A stretch of 61,347 nt of DNA, from positions 1-61,347 of the IMG/VR virus record IMGVR_UViG_3300021519_000010; one strand, given 5' to 3'. The notes beneath the pieces were generated by a model. It did no database searches. It was given only the letters and a program-made list of their open reading frames with translations, and had not been told where the DNA came from. The translations under genes and the position numbers were made by a program. Positions 28,952 through 38,832 of this stretch are shown piece after piece. This stretch comes from a virus. Its lineage: Duplodnaviria; Caudoviricetes. How positions within the stretch are numbered: position 1 is the stretch's first letter; every line of letters begins with the position of its first letter.

Positions 28952-29830
28952 ATGACACCACGCGCCTTTCTCAGGTTGGTTGAAACCGACGTAACACCAT
29001 CGTTCTTCATTACCGGCAACCACCCAACACGAGAAGTTGATCCGGCGGACTGCGGTGGAGAGCCTATGTGGGTGGTTCACTTTCCGCGAGGTTTCGAGAC
29101 GCTGGACGTGGCGGTGATCGGCCACGGTCTGTGCGATGCAGATGTCATTGATGCTGCCATGGAATTCCTGAATGCGGAACATCCTGAATCGCTTACGGCG
29201 GAGGAGCGAGATGCGGCATTCCCAGATGAACACGGAATCGCGGTGACGCCTCCGTTGCGCTCGAAGAAGGCGTGGGAGCCAACACCTGCGCAAACTGCTG
29301 CGAATGATGATGAAATGCGCGCCAACGGCTCCTTCCAGGAGGGCCGTCGCAAACCCGTTGCAGAGCGCAACGGAGACATTCACCGCATGAGTTTTGCAAA
29401 AAGCGAAACCGAGGCCCGCTGCTCCTGTGGATGGCACAAGAAGTACGCCAATGCCGGTCCGAACTGGCGCGGTAAGGCGCAGAGCGAACACATACCAAAC
29501 CGCATTGGGCATATGGCAGAGTCGGAGTCCAGCCAGGAACTCAGCTACGAAGAAACACTGTACCGTGGCGACGAGCAGGCAGAAGTTAAGGTGGTAATTA
29601 CAGCCACATACTACGGGGCCGAGGCTGGAATGCCGCAGTCGTATGCAAGTGGTGGCTCACCTCCGGACGCCGCCCGCGTTGACTTTGATAGCATCCGCGC
29701 ATTCAAGGTAGACGGCTCGCACGAGAAGGTTGAGCTTGATGATGATGAGCTTGCCGCTGCTGAAGCCCGGCTTTCCACAATGGCGGAAGGCGGGTTTGTG
29801 GTTGACCTCGGAGCGGACGACCGCGACTAA
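28952..29830 (+). CDS. Leader-tagged multi-module hypothetical protein
   Basis: MTPRAFLRLVE|T; internal PVAE|, MAE|S. Confidence 0.65.
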   Translation: MTPRAFLRLVETDVTPSFFITGNHPTREVDPADCGGEPMWVVHFPRGFETLDVAVIGHGLCDADVIDAAMEFLNAEHPESLTAEERDAAFPDEHGIAVTPPLRSKKAWEPTPAQTAANDDEMRANGSFQEGRRKPVAERNGDIHRMSFAKSETEARCSCGWHKKYANAGPNWRGKAQSEHIPNRIGHMAESESSQELSYEETLYRGDEQAEVKVVITATYYGAEAGMPQSYASGGSPPDAARVDFDSIRAFKVDGSHEKVELDDDELAAAEARLSTMAEGGFVVDLGADDRD

Positions 29831-29998
29831 CGCCCGCTGGCCACGGAGTACTTCAAATGTGGGAAGGTTCGGGTAAATCGTTACTTATCACCCGGTCTTC
29901 CAATACCGGATAACTGTCTTGTCCACATTTCATTTTTCGAGCGTTGGACTGCTGATGATACTTTCCGCCGCTCCGTTTGTAGATGTGCAGTATCATGG

Positions 29999-30184
29999 TT
30001 AACGCCGATTCGCGAAGGCCTTGGTTTGTGCCTCCGCTTTCTCAAGCTCCGCAATATCCTTAGCAGATGCCCCGCGCCACCCGGCAAAGTTCACATTGAC
30101 GCGGGTGCCAGAAATCTGGAACTCGACCCGGTTTGCACCACTTGGTTGATGTTGTGGGTTATGAAGGTAGAATCGTGTTGCCAT
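29999..30184 (-). CDS. Small early hypothetical protein
   Basis: ATG 6 nt after a promoter. Confidence 0.6.
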   Translation of the reverse strand: MATRFYLHNPQHQPSGANRVEFQISGTRVNVNFAGWRGASAKDIAELEKAEAQTKAFANRR

Positions 30185-30190
30185 AATTGA

Positions 30191-30219
30191 AGATTAGCAC
30201 ACGAGCGGACGTTTGTCAA
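30191..30219 (-). promoter_or_regulatory. Early promoter, leaderless
   Basis: TTGACA-17-TAATCT-6-ATG(30184). Confidence 0.85.
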
Positions 30220-30284
30220 GTTTATTTGCGACTGCACGGTCTGGCAGTGCTCGCAGAGTCTAGTTATTGCCACAATCAATTATT

Positions 30285-33032
30285 ATGCCAACTAGAATCG
30301 CTCCCGGTGTTTACGTTCAGGAAAACGACTTCAGCAACTACGTGGCGGGCACGCAGACCACCCCGTGTGGTCTTGTTGGCACGGCGCGCAAGGGTCCGCT
30401 GAATGTTCCAACTATCTGCACGAGTGGGAATCAGTTTTCTAGTATCTTCGGCATGCCGACCGTGAACCACTACGCCGTGATTGCGGCATCGAACTACCTG
30501 CAGTACGGCAACTCGTTGGTCTTCGTTCGCGTCGCCCGGCAGTACGTGGAGAACTCGGCCACGCTCAGTGCAGAACTGGCAGCAGACGGCACATCCGTCA
30601 CTGTAGATACTGGACACCTCTTTGCGGAGATTATTACCTCTGGTAACTACGGCTACGTTCGCATTTCACAGTCCGGCAAGCGTACCACACAAAACGTGCT
30701 GGTTACCAATGCTACAAGCACCACGCTGACACTCGCGTCCGGAGCACTCGACACGTACGATGCAGGCGTGGCCACCATTGCCCGTGCCGAAGCTGCTAAC
30801 GCGGCGGCGAATGCTGAGGTGACGCTGTTGGGTCGCCGCGCAAGCGCTGTTTCCAGCCTCGTTTCCGTGCAGGCCATCGACCCCGGACAGTGGGGCAACT
30901 TCGGTACCAGTGCAGGCCTCGAGGTGGTCGTTGAAGACGGAGGACAGTTCTCCAACATCGACCCGTCCACTGGTCTGGCGTACCAAAGTTCCGGCGGCAC
31001 CACCCTGCAGGGTGTTATGCCCAGTCAGCCATCGGTGGATACGAAGAAAGACCTGCGTGCGTTGACGGGCATGGTGTCAGGGGAAACGCGTGGCGTCAAC
31101 CGCGATTCAATCCTGAACTCGGTTCTGTCAGTTTCCAAATCCGGCAGCAACTGCACGGCGGCGCTCGCCCTGTACGGCGGCGTCGCGCACGGATTGTCCG
31201 TGGGGGATATCTTTGACATTGTCGGCACCACCAGCGCCACCAATGATATTGAAGGTGCCGAGGTTACGGCGCTCGTGGCAGCCGGAGTTTACCAGGTTGA
31301 AACGGCCACGGTGGTTGCGGCTGGCGGTATCACTGGCAACGGCACGGTTACCATTGTCATCACTTCAGCATCGCTCACTGCGCCGATCACGCTGACCCCA
31401 ACAATGACGACTGGCGTGCAGACCACTGCCACGCTGATTGCTACGGCGGTTGCGGCTGCCATCAACGGCAACGCCACGCTGGCAGCCCTGTTCACGGCGG
31501 CAGGCGTCGCAGCTACCGTTGTCCTGACTGCTGATGCCTACCGGGATCACGATAAGACGCTGAACATCAGCATTGCCAACGGGACCGCCACCGGCATTAC
31601 CACGGCTGCCACCAGCGCGATGACGACCGTTGGATACGCAGCCAACTCCCGCGTGACGTACGTGAATGCAAGCGGCGCAACCGTGGCTCCGGAGACCGGT
31701 GAAGCTGCAACGGCCACGGCAGAGAACGTTGGAGGTGAACACTACGCTGTGATCTACCGTTACAATGGTACTGCATGGGTGGCCATGGGCGTCCACACCA
31801 AGCGCGTCCGAGTGTTTTATCAGGGTCGTCAGGTGGAAATCTTCGACAACCTCATCGGCTACGATGCTACTTCCCCGTACTTCTGGGAGACCGTCATCGG
31901 TACGCAGGCAGACCCAGTTAGCAAGTACATCACGGTTACTTATACTGGCAGCGGCGAACAGCCCATCAACTCCTACAACCGAACAAAGAACCCGAACAAT
32001 CCGCGTTACCTGTTTGGGCAGAACACGGTGGTTAGGCTGACGGACAGCAGCGGCGCATCGACCTCGACGCTCTCCAATGCATCCGGTCAGGATGGTGAGA
32101 ACCCGTCCGCGTCGGACTACATTGGCACCATCGATGGGTCCACGTACACCGGCCTCCAGCACTTCCGCAAGGTCGAGCAGTTCGAAATCAGTATCCTCGC
32201 CGTTCCGTCCGTGACTGATGCCTCCGTTATTACCGAACTCCTTGCCGTCTGTGAAAAACGGCACGACTGCCTTGGTATTGTCGATCCTCCGATGGCCCTC
32301 AGCCCGCAGGAAGTGACCGACTGGCACAACGGAGCCGGTGCCTACACCGGAAGTCACTCGGCCTTTGTCAGCAACTGTGCTGCCCTGTTCTACCCATGGG
32401 TTAAGGTGTTCGAACCGACGCTTCAGCGTCAGATGTGGATGCCGCCCACCGTGTTCATTCCCGGCATCATCGCCCGTTCGGACGGTCTCAAGGATGAATG
32501 GTGGGCTCCCGCAGGCATCGTGCGCGGCAAGGTGAACAACGCCATTGCCGTCGAGTATCAGGTCACCGAAGGTGACGTGGATGGGTTCTACGGTCCTGGC
32601 AACGGTAACGCAGTTAACCCGATCATGAACTTCGCCCGTGACGGCATTACAGTCTGGGGTCAGCGCACCATGCAGCGCACGTCCACGGCGCTGGATCGCA
32701 TCAACGTTCGCCGCCTGATGTTCAGCATCGAGAAGAACGTGGCAAACGCCAGCCGTGTCCTTGCCTTCGATCAGGATGATACCATTCTGTGGGGTCAGCT
32801 CCGCTCACTCATCGAGCCATACCTGCAGCAGTTAACCGGACGCCGAGCACTGGAAGCGTATGTGGTCACATGCGACGAGACCACAAACACGCCGCAGATG
32901 CGCAATAACAATGAAGTCGGGGCACGCATTGTCGTCATCCCGGTGAAGTCAGCCGAGAAGATCTTCCTAGACTTCGTGATCGTACCATCCGGTGCATCGG
33001 TGACCGAGTTTGTGGTGGCTAACCCGACCTAG
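30285..33032 (+). CDS. Tail sheath protein (T4 gp18-like)
   Basis: APGVYVQE.DFS, KGP, YPW, WWAPAG..RG, VNPI, WGQRT, RINVRRL. Confidence 0.95.
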   Translation: MPTRIAPGVYVQENDFSNYVAGTQTTPCGLVGTARKGPLNVPTICTSGNQFSSIFGMPTVNHYAVIAASNYLQYGNSLVFVRVARQYVENSATLSAELAADGTSVTVDTGHLFAEIITSGNYGYVRISQSGKRTTQNVLVTNATSTTLTLASGALDTYDAGVATIARAEAANAAANAEVTLLGRRASAVSSLVSVQAIDPGQWGNFGTSAGLEVVVEDGGQFSNIDPSTGLAYQSSGGTTLQGVMPSQPSVDTKKDLRALTGMVSGETRGVNRDSILNSVLSVSKSGSNCTAALALYGGVAHGLSVGDIFDIVGTTSATNDIEGAEVTALVAAGVYQVETATVVAAGGITGNGTVTIVITSASLTAPITLTPTMTTGVQTTATLIATAVAAAINGNATLAALFTAAGVAATVVLTADAYRDHDKTLNISIANGTATGITTAATSAMTTVGYAANSRVTYVNASGATVAPETGEAATATAENVGGEHYAVIYRYNGTAWVAMGVHTKRVRVFYQGRQVEIFDNLIGYDATSPYFWETVIGTQADPVSKYITVTYTGSGEQPINSYNRTKNPNNPRYLFGQNTVVRLTDSSGASTSTLSNASGQDGENPSASDYIGTIDGSTYTGLQHFRKVEQFEISILAVPSVTDASVITELLAVCEKRHDCLGIVDPPMALSPQEVTDWHNGAGAYTGSHSAFVSNCAALFYPWVKVFEPTLQRQMWMPPTVFIPGIIARSDGLKDEWWAPAGIVRGKVNNAIAVEYQVTEGDVDGFYGPGNGNAVNPIMNFARDGITVWGQRTMQRTSTALDRINVRRLMFSIEKNVANASRVLAFDQDDTILWGQLRSLIEPYLQQLTGRRALEAYVVTCDETTNTPQMRNNNEVGARIVVIPVKSAEKIFLDFVIVPSGASVTEFVVANPT

Positions 33033-33084
33033 TCGAGCGTTCCTTAGTTACTGCTCGACATCTCGAGCCGTTCTTTGAATTTCT

Positions 33085-33468
33085 GGGCGCGTAATGGTCT
33101 CGATTGAGGAGACAACGTTGCTGCTGCATGCCGAGGATGACCCGTTGGCCTCGCTAAAACCTCAGGTCAAAACACAATAGGCACTAACGCCATTGATGAC
33201 AACGCTGGAAGCGTTGCCGATGCCGATGCGATCCTCGCACGGTTCGGCTTCGTTGAAAGTGAAGTTGCCGTAGCCTAGCTACCCGTCCCTCCACAGACTC
33301 CGCTATGTGGCAGGGGCGACGACAGCGGAATAACAGTCTGGGTTCTGACAATAATCCAGTGGTGGAAGTGCGGCTGGAAACAGTCGCCCCTTGCCGGAAA
33401 CGGCGAAGCATGTGATTCAGCAGCAGCAGAGACTTTTCAAGACAGGGGTTCGACTCCCCTCGCGTCCA
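33085..33468 (+). ncRNA. ssrA: tmRNA
   Basis: Acceptor stem GGGCGCG/CGCGTCC-A with G3:U70; T-arm AGGGGTTCGACTCCCCT; helix-2 pairings; pk1 GAGG/CCTC and TGACC/GGTCA; tag frame ending VAVA-TAG (33276-33278). Confidence 0.9.
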
Positions 33469-33538
33469 CTTTCAACGTCCCCGGCGGTTCCGGCGACCAC
33501 GCCGTGCAGCCCATGTGCTGAGCGGCTTGCCAATACCG
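33445..33538 (+). repeat. 94-bp imperfect direct repeat, copy 1 (tmRNA 3' end plus downstream)
   Basis: Aligns without gaps to 33885-33978. Confidence 0.9.
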
Positions 33539-33571
33539 GGGGACTTCCAAACAAGCAACAAACTAAAATTC

Positions 33572-33961
33572 ATGTTCATTCTCCAACTGAATCCAATGAC
33601 GGCGAACTACGAGAGCCTCGTGGCCGTGGCGTGCGCAGAAACAGTCGATGCGCTGCGAGCCCTGGTCGAGTCCGAGCGCGTCGAACCATACACCGACGAA
33701 GACGGCTCGAATATGTGCGGCGGTCGGCTGTGCAAGAGCTTCCGTAAGGGCGGGCCGCTCGAATACCTGAACCCTCCCGACCGCGAAGCGTGCATCGTCG
33801 ATGTCGGAACACCTGACGATTGGGCGCGAAATGCTCGCGAGCAATTCAATCGACAGGTGTTGTCGCTGCCTTTTGCGGGCGGCGGGGGTTCGATTCCCCT
33901 CGCGTCCACTTTCAACGTCCCCGGCGGTTCCGGGAACCACGCTGTGCAACCCAGGTGCTGA
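33572..33961 (+). CDS. Hypothetical protein between the tmRNA repeats
   Basis: ORF behind an A/C-rich leader; reads into repeat copy 2. Confidence 0.6.
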   Translation: MFILQLNPMTANYESLVAVACAETVDALRALVESERVEPYTDEDGSNMCGGRLCKSFRKGGPLEYLNPPDREACIVDVGTPDDWARNAREQFNRQVLSLPFAGGGGSIPLASTFNVPGGSGNHAVQPRC

Positions 33962-33978
33962 GCGGCTTGCCAACACCG
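33885..33978 (+). repeat. 94-bp imperfect direct repeat, copy 2
   Basis: GGGGTTCGATTCCCCTCGCGTCCACTTTCAACG... Confidence 0.9.
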
Positions 33979-34072
33979 AAGTAAGTGGTGGTTGCACCGA
34001 CTAACGCGAGTGCGAGGATTTTAACGCTGATAATGGAGATTCCGGTCAGGATTTCGAAGTATTGGTGCATGC

Positions 34073-34318
34073 TTAGAGTTTGATACCGTCAACCTCGTCT
34101 ACAACGGCAAGAACCTCGCCCTCCATGAACTTGCCAATGATGTCGAGGCCGTCGCCGAATTTCTGCCTGGCGAGCACGGCAACGATCTGCTTGTCGACAT
34201 GGCCAGCAGTGATGCCAGCGTACCCGAACTCCACCATCTGCTTGGCCTTGGCCATGCAGTACTGGTCACGGGAAACCACCAGTTCATTGCCATCGAGTTT
34301 AATCTTGATTTGTTGCAT
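34073..34318 (-). CDS. Small early hypothetical protein
   Basis: ATG 6 nt after a promoter. Confidence 0.65.
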   Translation of the reverse strand: MQQIKIKLDGNELVVSRDQYCMAKAKQMVEFGYAGITAGHVDKQIVAVLARQKFGDGLDIIGKFMEGEVLAVVDEVDGIKL

Positions 34319-34324
34319 GTGTTG

Positions 34325-34353
34325 ACGTTAGCAGATGGAACGCTGCTTGTCAA
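34325..34353 (-). promoter_or_regulatory. Early promoter, leaderless
   Basis: TTGACA-17-TAACGT-6-ATG(34318). Confidence 0.85.
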
Positions 34354-34441
34354 GTTCCACTAGAAGAATTGGGAAGGCAAGAAGCTGTGCTTCACGTTTG
34401 GAGGCTAAGTATCAGCACACAACCTCACACCAATACATCAT

Positions 34442-35008
34442 ATGAGCGCCGTTTCCCACTTCGCAGGTTCTTCACTCCTCCATCAGGGCGGCAACTACGA
34501 GCCGCAACGCAAGGCCAACTTCGCCGTAGTCATCTACGGCCTGGCAGATACGGATACGCTCGTTCTCAGCCTTGCCAAGGCCACCATTCCTGATGTTCAG
34601 ATTGTCGAGGGCAAGATCAAGTACTTCAATGAGACGATGAAGTATGCCGGTTCGGTGTCGCCGTTCCCGGACGGTGAGCTGTCGTTCACCGACTACATCG
34701 ATCGTTCCACGCTTACCACGCTCAGCAAGTGGATGAAGCAGGTTTGGAACCCGGCCACCGGTGCCATCGGGTGGGCATCCACCTACAAGAAGACCGGCGA
34801 CATCATGCTCCTGCCTCCGGGTATGCCTGCTAACACGCCAGGTGCCGTGAGCAGCACGGCGTATAATCAGCGCGTGTGGCGGCTCGGTGGCGTCTGGATC
34901 AAGGGTCTCAAGTATGACCCGCTCGACCATTCAGACGACGGCTCCACTCCGGCCATGGTGAATGTGACGCTCTGCGTGGATCGCTGCATTCCGGCCTTCA
35001 TGGAGTAA
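34442..35008 (+). CDS. Tail tube protein (T4 gp19-like)
   Basis: EPQR..NF, KYAG, W...V.NP.TG.IG....YKK, LD; follows the sheath gene. Confidence 0.85.
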   Translation: MSAVSHFAGSSLLHQGGNYEPQRKANFAVVIYGLADTDTLVLSLAKATIPDVQIVEGKIKYFNETMKYAGSVSPFPDGELSFTDYIDRSTLTTLSKWMKQVWNPATGAIGWASTYKKTGDIMLLPPGMPANTPGAVSSTAYNQRVWRLGGVWIKGLKYDPLDHSDDGSTPAMVNVTLCVDRCIPAFME

Positions 35009-37293
35009 TGGTCGACTGGGACTCCAACGCTGACGGCTCGTCCTCACATCCGGACTGTCCGCTTTGCGGCAGGCAAACCGAGTTGCGGACAGTTCGTCAT
35101 GTAGAGAAGCACGTCTGCCACCGTTGTCGCAAGATGTGGTCTGTTACAATGGACAATAGTACCAAGCACGGTCTGAAGAAGCTTCGCGAAGACCAAGTTC
35201 CAGCTCCGTCAGAGAACATTGGCACCCGCATCCAGCTGGCCATGCAAGCAGCAGGCCTTTGTGAAATTGACTCCGGGGAGGGCAAGGACCGGTTCTGGGC
35301 TACCGGTGAACGGAAGCGAGCCAAGCATGTCACCTCTGCTGTGGTCCGCCGGGCCATCAAGAATCTCTTCGCACATTCGTCCATCAAGCCAGTGGCTATT
35401 CAGGTTACCCGGCGCAACAATACTATTCACGTCATCGTCATGAAACCAACCATACAGGCCGAGGCCGCGCACATTACCAGCAACATCCTTAACCTGCTGG
35501 AGGGTCGCGGGCTGCACCGGGACGCTGCCTTCACGGCACTGGCGACGAGAATCACGCATGCTCGCAAGATGGCTCGTGGTGGGTTTGGAGATGATGCACC
35601 CCTGGTTGCGGCACAGATTGAACTGCGCCAATACCTGTCCGGGAAGCAAATTGACATTCACTCGGACCCTGAGGTCATCGAACTGCTGGAGAACTCCCGC
35701 AGCAAGCACATTATTAGCACGTATGGCGGTTGGCGGCGTCTAGCGATGCATAACGGTGCAACACGGTTTGAAGGAGACAAGGATATTGCCAACGCTTTCA
35801 ATGCTAAAGGTCGAGCCGTTGGCGAGTGGGGTGGAGACGTCGGGTGGGTAACCATGATCTCCAAGTCCGTCGCGGACTGGCTGAGGTCCCCAAAGATTGG
35901 CGAGGGGCGCAGTGATGCTCCGTTCAGGGTTGGAGACCGTGTTGTGCGGGACGGTGGGGATGAGGGCACGGTCAAGCGCATGATCAAGAATGGTGACGAA
36001 GCCATGGACTGGATTTGCGAGGTGCGCTTCGACAACGGCAGCTACGACACGGTTGGGCAGCATTACCTCACCAAGGCCGAACCAGCTGACCAAACCAGAC
36101 TATGTGGTACGCACGGGTGGCAAGGCAACAGGGCGTGGCACCACGACTTCACCACCAACCGCAAGGTGTGGTCACCAAAGCTTGGGGAGGGTGATGGTCG
36201 CCAAGGATTTGATGTTCCCTACGACCATGGTTCCGAGGAGGTCGACTTCCAGTGTTTCAAGTGCAAGAAGCCGTTTCACGCACCGTGGAACTGGGACCCG
36301 GCGCAGTATCCATCATGCCCGCACTGCCGGTCTGGGGACGTTGGCGAGGTGCACCCGGTCGCAAGCGTCGGTCCGGAACAACGCCACCGCCGCCCGGTAG
36401 CTGAAGGAGGCGACCTGCATGAGGGTCGCTTCAGTTACAATGTTGGCGACGTGGTCAAAGGGCCGTTCGGCAATGCCGAGATTCTTCGCATTGACCCGCC
36501 GACCATGAAGAACTTCAACGGTGCGATTCATTGCAGGCAGCTCGACGAGTTCAACGAGGAAATCAAGCCTGGGTTCGAGTTCGAGTCCAACACATTTCAG
36601 TTTCACGGCCATGCAGACACGGGTCACGCAAAGCGGCTCTCGCAGCACACGGGCGGGACATGGCCAGCCAATGAGTCCCTTGCCGACCGCATCCTTAAGG
36701 GCAGCCTCCGGGAATGTGAGGAGTTGATTGACGAATTGGAAGCGCGCGGATGCGGCGAATACCGTGATGCCGGGCTCGGCGTACTGCAGAAGGTGCAGGG
36801 CGACGGTGCGCAGCGCATCACGTACGACCCGAAGACCGGGCAGTTCACCAGCAACATCTGGGGTCGAGAGGCTGATGTGTGGATGGACGAGTCTGAAGAC
36901 AAGATGCTGCTTGCAGATCTGCTGAAGCAGACAGGGCACTACAGTCAGCCGTATCCGGGCGGCGGAATACAGGTGTTCCATCAACCTGGCACAACCGGCG
37001 GCGACCGCCGATACTGGCACTTGAAGGATGCGCATGTCGTCGGCACGTTATCCGGTCCGTCCATTCATGTGATGCCGCACCCTCTTCGTGAGAACTGCGT
37101 CCGTACGCCGATCACGGCCACCACATCGAATCTTGGACGTTATATTGCATCTTGCTGCATTGCCAAGGTGAAAAAGCTCAAACCCGGCAAGAAGTCAACG
37201 GTCAAGGGGATCGATGATTGCAAGCTGAAGGTGACGAATCTGCAGAAAAAGGGCGCAACGGGCGCTGCGACCTACCGGGTCGAGCCAGTATAA
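35008..37293 (+). CDS. Large polyprotein of small modules (Zn ribbons, SH3/KOW-like) separated by E| sites
   Basis: KLRE|D, LLE|G, LLE|N, PKIGE|G, PKLGE|G, PVAE|G, LHE|G, ANE|SLADRIL, PLRE|N. Confidence 0.65.
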   Translation: MVDWDSNADGSSSHPDCPLCGRQTELRTVRHVEKHVCHRCRKMWSVTMDNSTKHGLKKLREDQVPAPSENIGTRIQLAMQAAGLCEIDSGEGKDRFWATGERKRAKHVTSAVVRRAIKNLFAHSSIKPVAIQVTRRNNTIHVIVMKPTIQAEAAHITSNILNLLEGRGLHRDAAFTALATRITHARKMARGGFGDDAPLVAAQIELRQYLSGKQIDIHSDPEVIELLENSRSKHIISTYGGWRRLAMHNGATRFEGDKDIANAFNAKGRAVGEWGGDVGWVTMISKSVADWLRSPKIGEGRSDAPFRVGDRVVRDGGDEGTVKRMIKNGDEAMDWICEVRFDNGSYDTVGQHYLTKAEPADQTRLCGTHGWQGNRAWHHDFTTNRKVWSPKLGEGDGRQGFDVPYDHGSEEVDFQCFKCKKPFHAPWNWDPAQYPSCPHCRSGDVGEVHPVASVGPEQRHRRPVAEGGDLHEGRFSYNVGDVVKGPFGNAEILRIDPPTMKNFNGAIHCRQLDEFNEEIKPGFEFESNTFQFHGHADTGHAKRLSQHTGGTWPANESLADRILKGSLRECEELIDELEARGCGEYRDAGLGVLQKVQGDGAQRITYDPKTGQFTSNIWGREADVWMDESEDKMLLADLLKQTGHYSQPYPGGGIQVFHQPGTTGGDRRYWHLKDAHVVGTLSGPSIHVMPHPLRENCVRTPITATTSNLGRYIASCCIAKVKKLKPGKKSTVKGIDDCKLKVTNLQKKGATGAATYRVEPV

Positions 37294-37313
37294 CACCAAA
37301 CACCAAACACACC

Positions 37314-37598
37314 ATGAGACCATACAACTTCATCAGCATAACGGAGGGCGATGACTTCAACCCGAGACCCGGAGAATCCGTTCGTGTAACCTCGACTGGC
37401 AGCGTGTCCGATGAGTCATGGTGGCGTGTGGATGGCACACTGAGTCGCGCACGTGTTGCTGGCACGGTAACGCTGCATCATGGCGGTGGTATGGAGTATG
37501 CGTCGGATGACGGCTCTGTTCTGGATCAAGAGGCATACGACACACTGGTCGATATCATGGGTGATGCTGACCCGTCATGGCACGGGCAGGAGGAATAG
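37314..37598 (+). CDS. Leader-tagged hypothetical protein
   Basis: MRPYNFISITE|G. Confidence 0.65.
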   Translation: MRPYNFISITEGDDFNPRPGESVRVTSTGSVSDESWWRVDGTLSRARVAGTVTLHHGGGMEYASDDGSVLDQEAYDTLVDIMGDADPSWHGQEE

Positions 37599-37601
37599 CC
37601 A

Positions 37602-38069
37602 ATGCCGATCTACGGCGCACCAGGTGAAGAAACAAACAGTGGCCTGTACTCGCAGGCTGAGTACGATTACTCGTTGATCATGGCTTTCTTCAACGACCTG
37701 AACCGCGTCCTGTCTCCGCAGGGTCGCAACGGAGGAGATACTGACCCGATGCACAGCGCCGCCTTGATCGGGCGAAACTCCTTGGATATCCGCTTCATGC
37801 CCAAGTTTTGCACCGTACCGGCTGTGACGGCGCTGTTTGCCGAGCTGGAGAATGAGGCTGGTGATCAAGCCGAGATCGAGCTGCCGTTCCCGGCAGGTGA
37901 ACCAGAAACGGTCACGACCCGCACGGCAGCATGGCTGGCTGAGTTTCATGCTGCTGTGACGACACAGCTGGCAGCACTACGCATGCCGATTCGACTGGCC
38001 GTTATTCGACCAACTGTTCACACCATCGCACCGGTAGGTCTGGTGCCGTCAGAGTGGGTTGCAGCCTAG
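37602..38069 (+). CDS. Hypothetical protein
   Basis: ORF. Confidence 0.55.
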   Translation: MPIYGAPGEETNSGLYSQAEYDYSLIMAFFNDLNRVLSPQGRNGGDTDPMHSAALIGRNSLDIRFMPKFCTVPAVTALFAELENEAGDQAEIELPFPAGEPETVTTRTAAWLAEFHAAVTTQLAALRMPIRLAVIRPTVHTIAPVGLVPSEWVAA

Positions 38070-38077
38070 TTATCACC

Positions 38078-38452
38078 ATGATCGTCACTCAATCCTTCAG
38101 CAAGCACCTTCCCGTTGCGGACGGTACCATCTTCGACATGATCGGCGCACCGCCCGCAGGACTGCAGGTGACGCTAGCCAACATGGACGATTCGGCCACC
38201 ATGGTGTACAAATTCCAGTCTTCAGATGACGGTGTTACATGGACGGACATTGCACTCCCCATTGATAATGATGGCGGCACGGCTGCCGTGTTCAGCATCG
38301 TGGCCGGTGGTACGCCGCACGCCCTGCGCATCGCCCCGGCCCACCCCCGCGTCCGCATGGTGGCGCGCGGCGACCTCAACGCCGAAATCGGGCTTATGTG
38401 GTGCAAGGTCACAGACTTTGACGTTCCTCCTTCCGTAAACCTCATCTTCTAG
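38078..38452 (+). CDS. Putative beta-rich virion protein
   Basis: YKFQSSDDGVTWTDI; TAGTTATC upstream. Confidence 0.55.
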   Translation: MIVTQSFSKHLPVADGTIFDMIGAPPAGLQVTLANMDDSATMVYKFQSSDDGVTWTDIALPIDNDGGTAAVFSIVAGGTPHALRIAPAHPRVRMVARGDLNAEIGLMWCKVTDFDVPPSVNLIF

Positions 38453-38461
38453 TCGAACCTT

Positions 38462-38824
38462 ATGAAACTGAAACCGAACACCATGAAACCGAACACCATG
38501 AAACCGAACACGCTGGCCGAACGGTTGTTGCAATCGTGCGGTCGTCGAGTCACCGAAACCAAACGTGGTCGCAATCCCGGTGTTCCGGCAGACATGGATG
38601 TTTGCACGTTCAATGCAGATACAGATTGCTTTGAAGACGGCAACGGAACCGCCGACATTATGGGGTTTATGCTGCGCACGAAGCAGGGTGATCCAATTAT
38701 CGATGAAGAAGATGAAGGTGAATATGGGTATGGCATTTACGAGCAGCTGGCCGTCGCACAGGCAAAACTGCCTGCTCATCCGGGCGCAGATATCGTCGCC
38801 ATTGACGATATCAGGAAGTGGTAG
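38462..38824 (+). CDS. Hypothetical protein with type-2 leader and tandem-duplicated start
   Basis: (MKPNT)n-LAERLL..VTE|T; 15-bp tandem at 38469-38511. Confidence 0.6.
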   Translation: MKLKPNTMKPNTMKPNTLAERLLQSCGRRVTETKRGRNPGVPADMDVCTFNADTDCFEDGNGTADIMGFMLRTKQGDPIIDEEDEGEYGYGIYEQLAVAQAKLPAHPGADIVAIDDIRKW

Positions 38825-38832
38825 TGAGTTTC

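Noticed and set aside
33885-33910. tRNA gene
   Set aside because: Only the T-arm and acceptor 3' strand are present; it is a copy of the tmRNA end with no 5' half.
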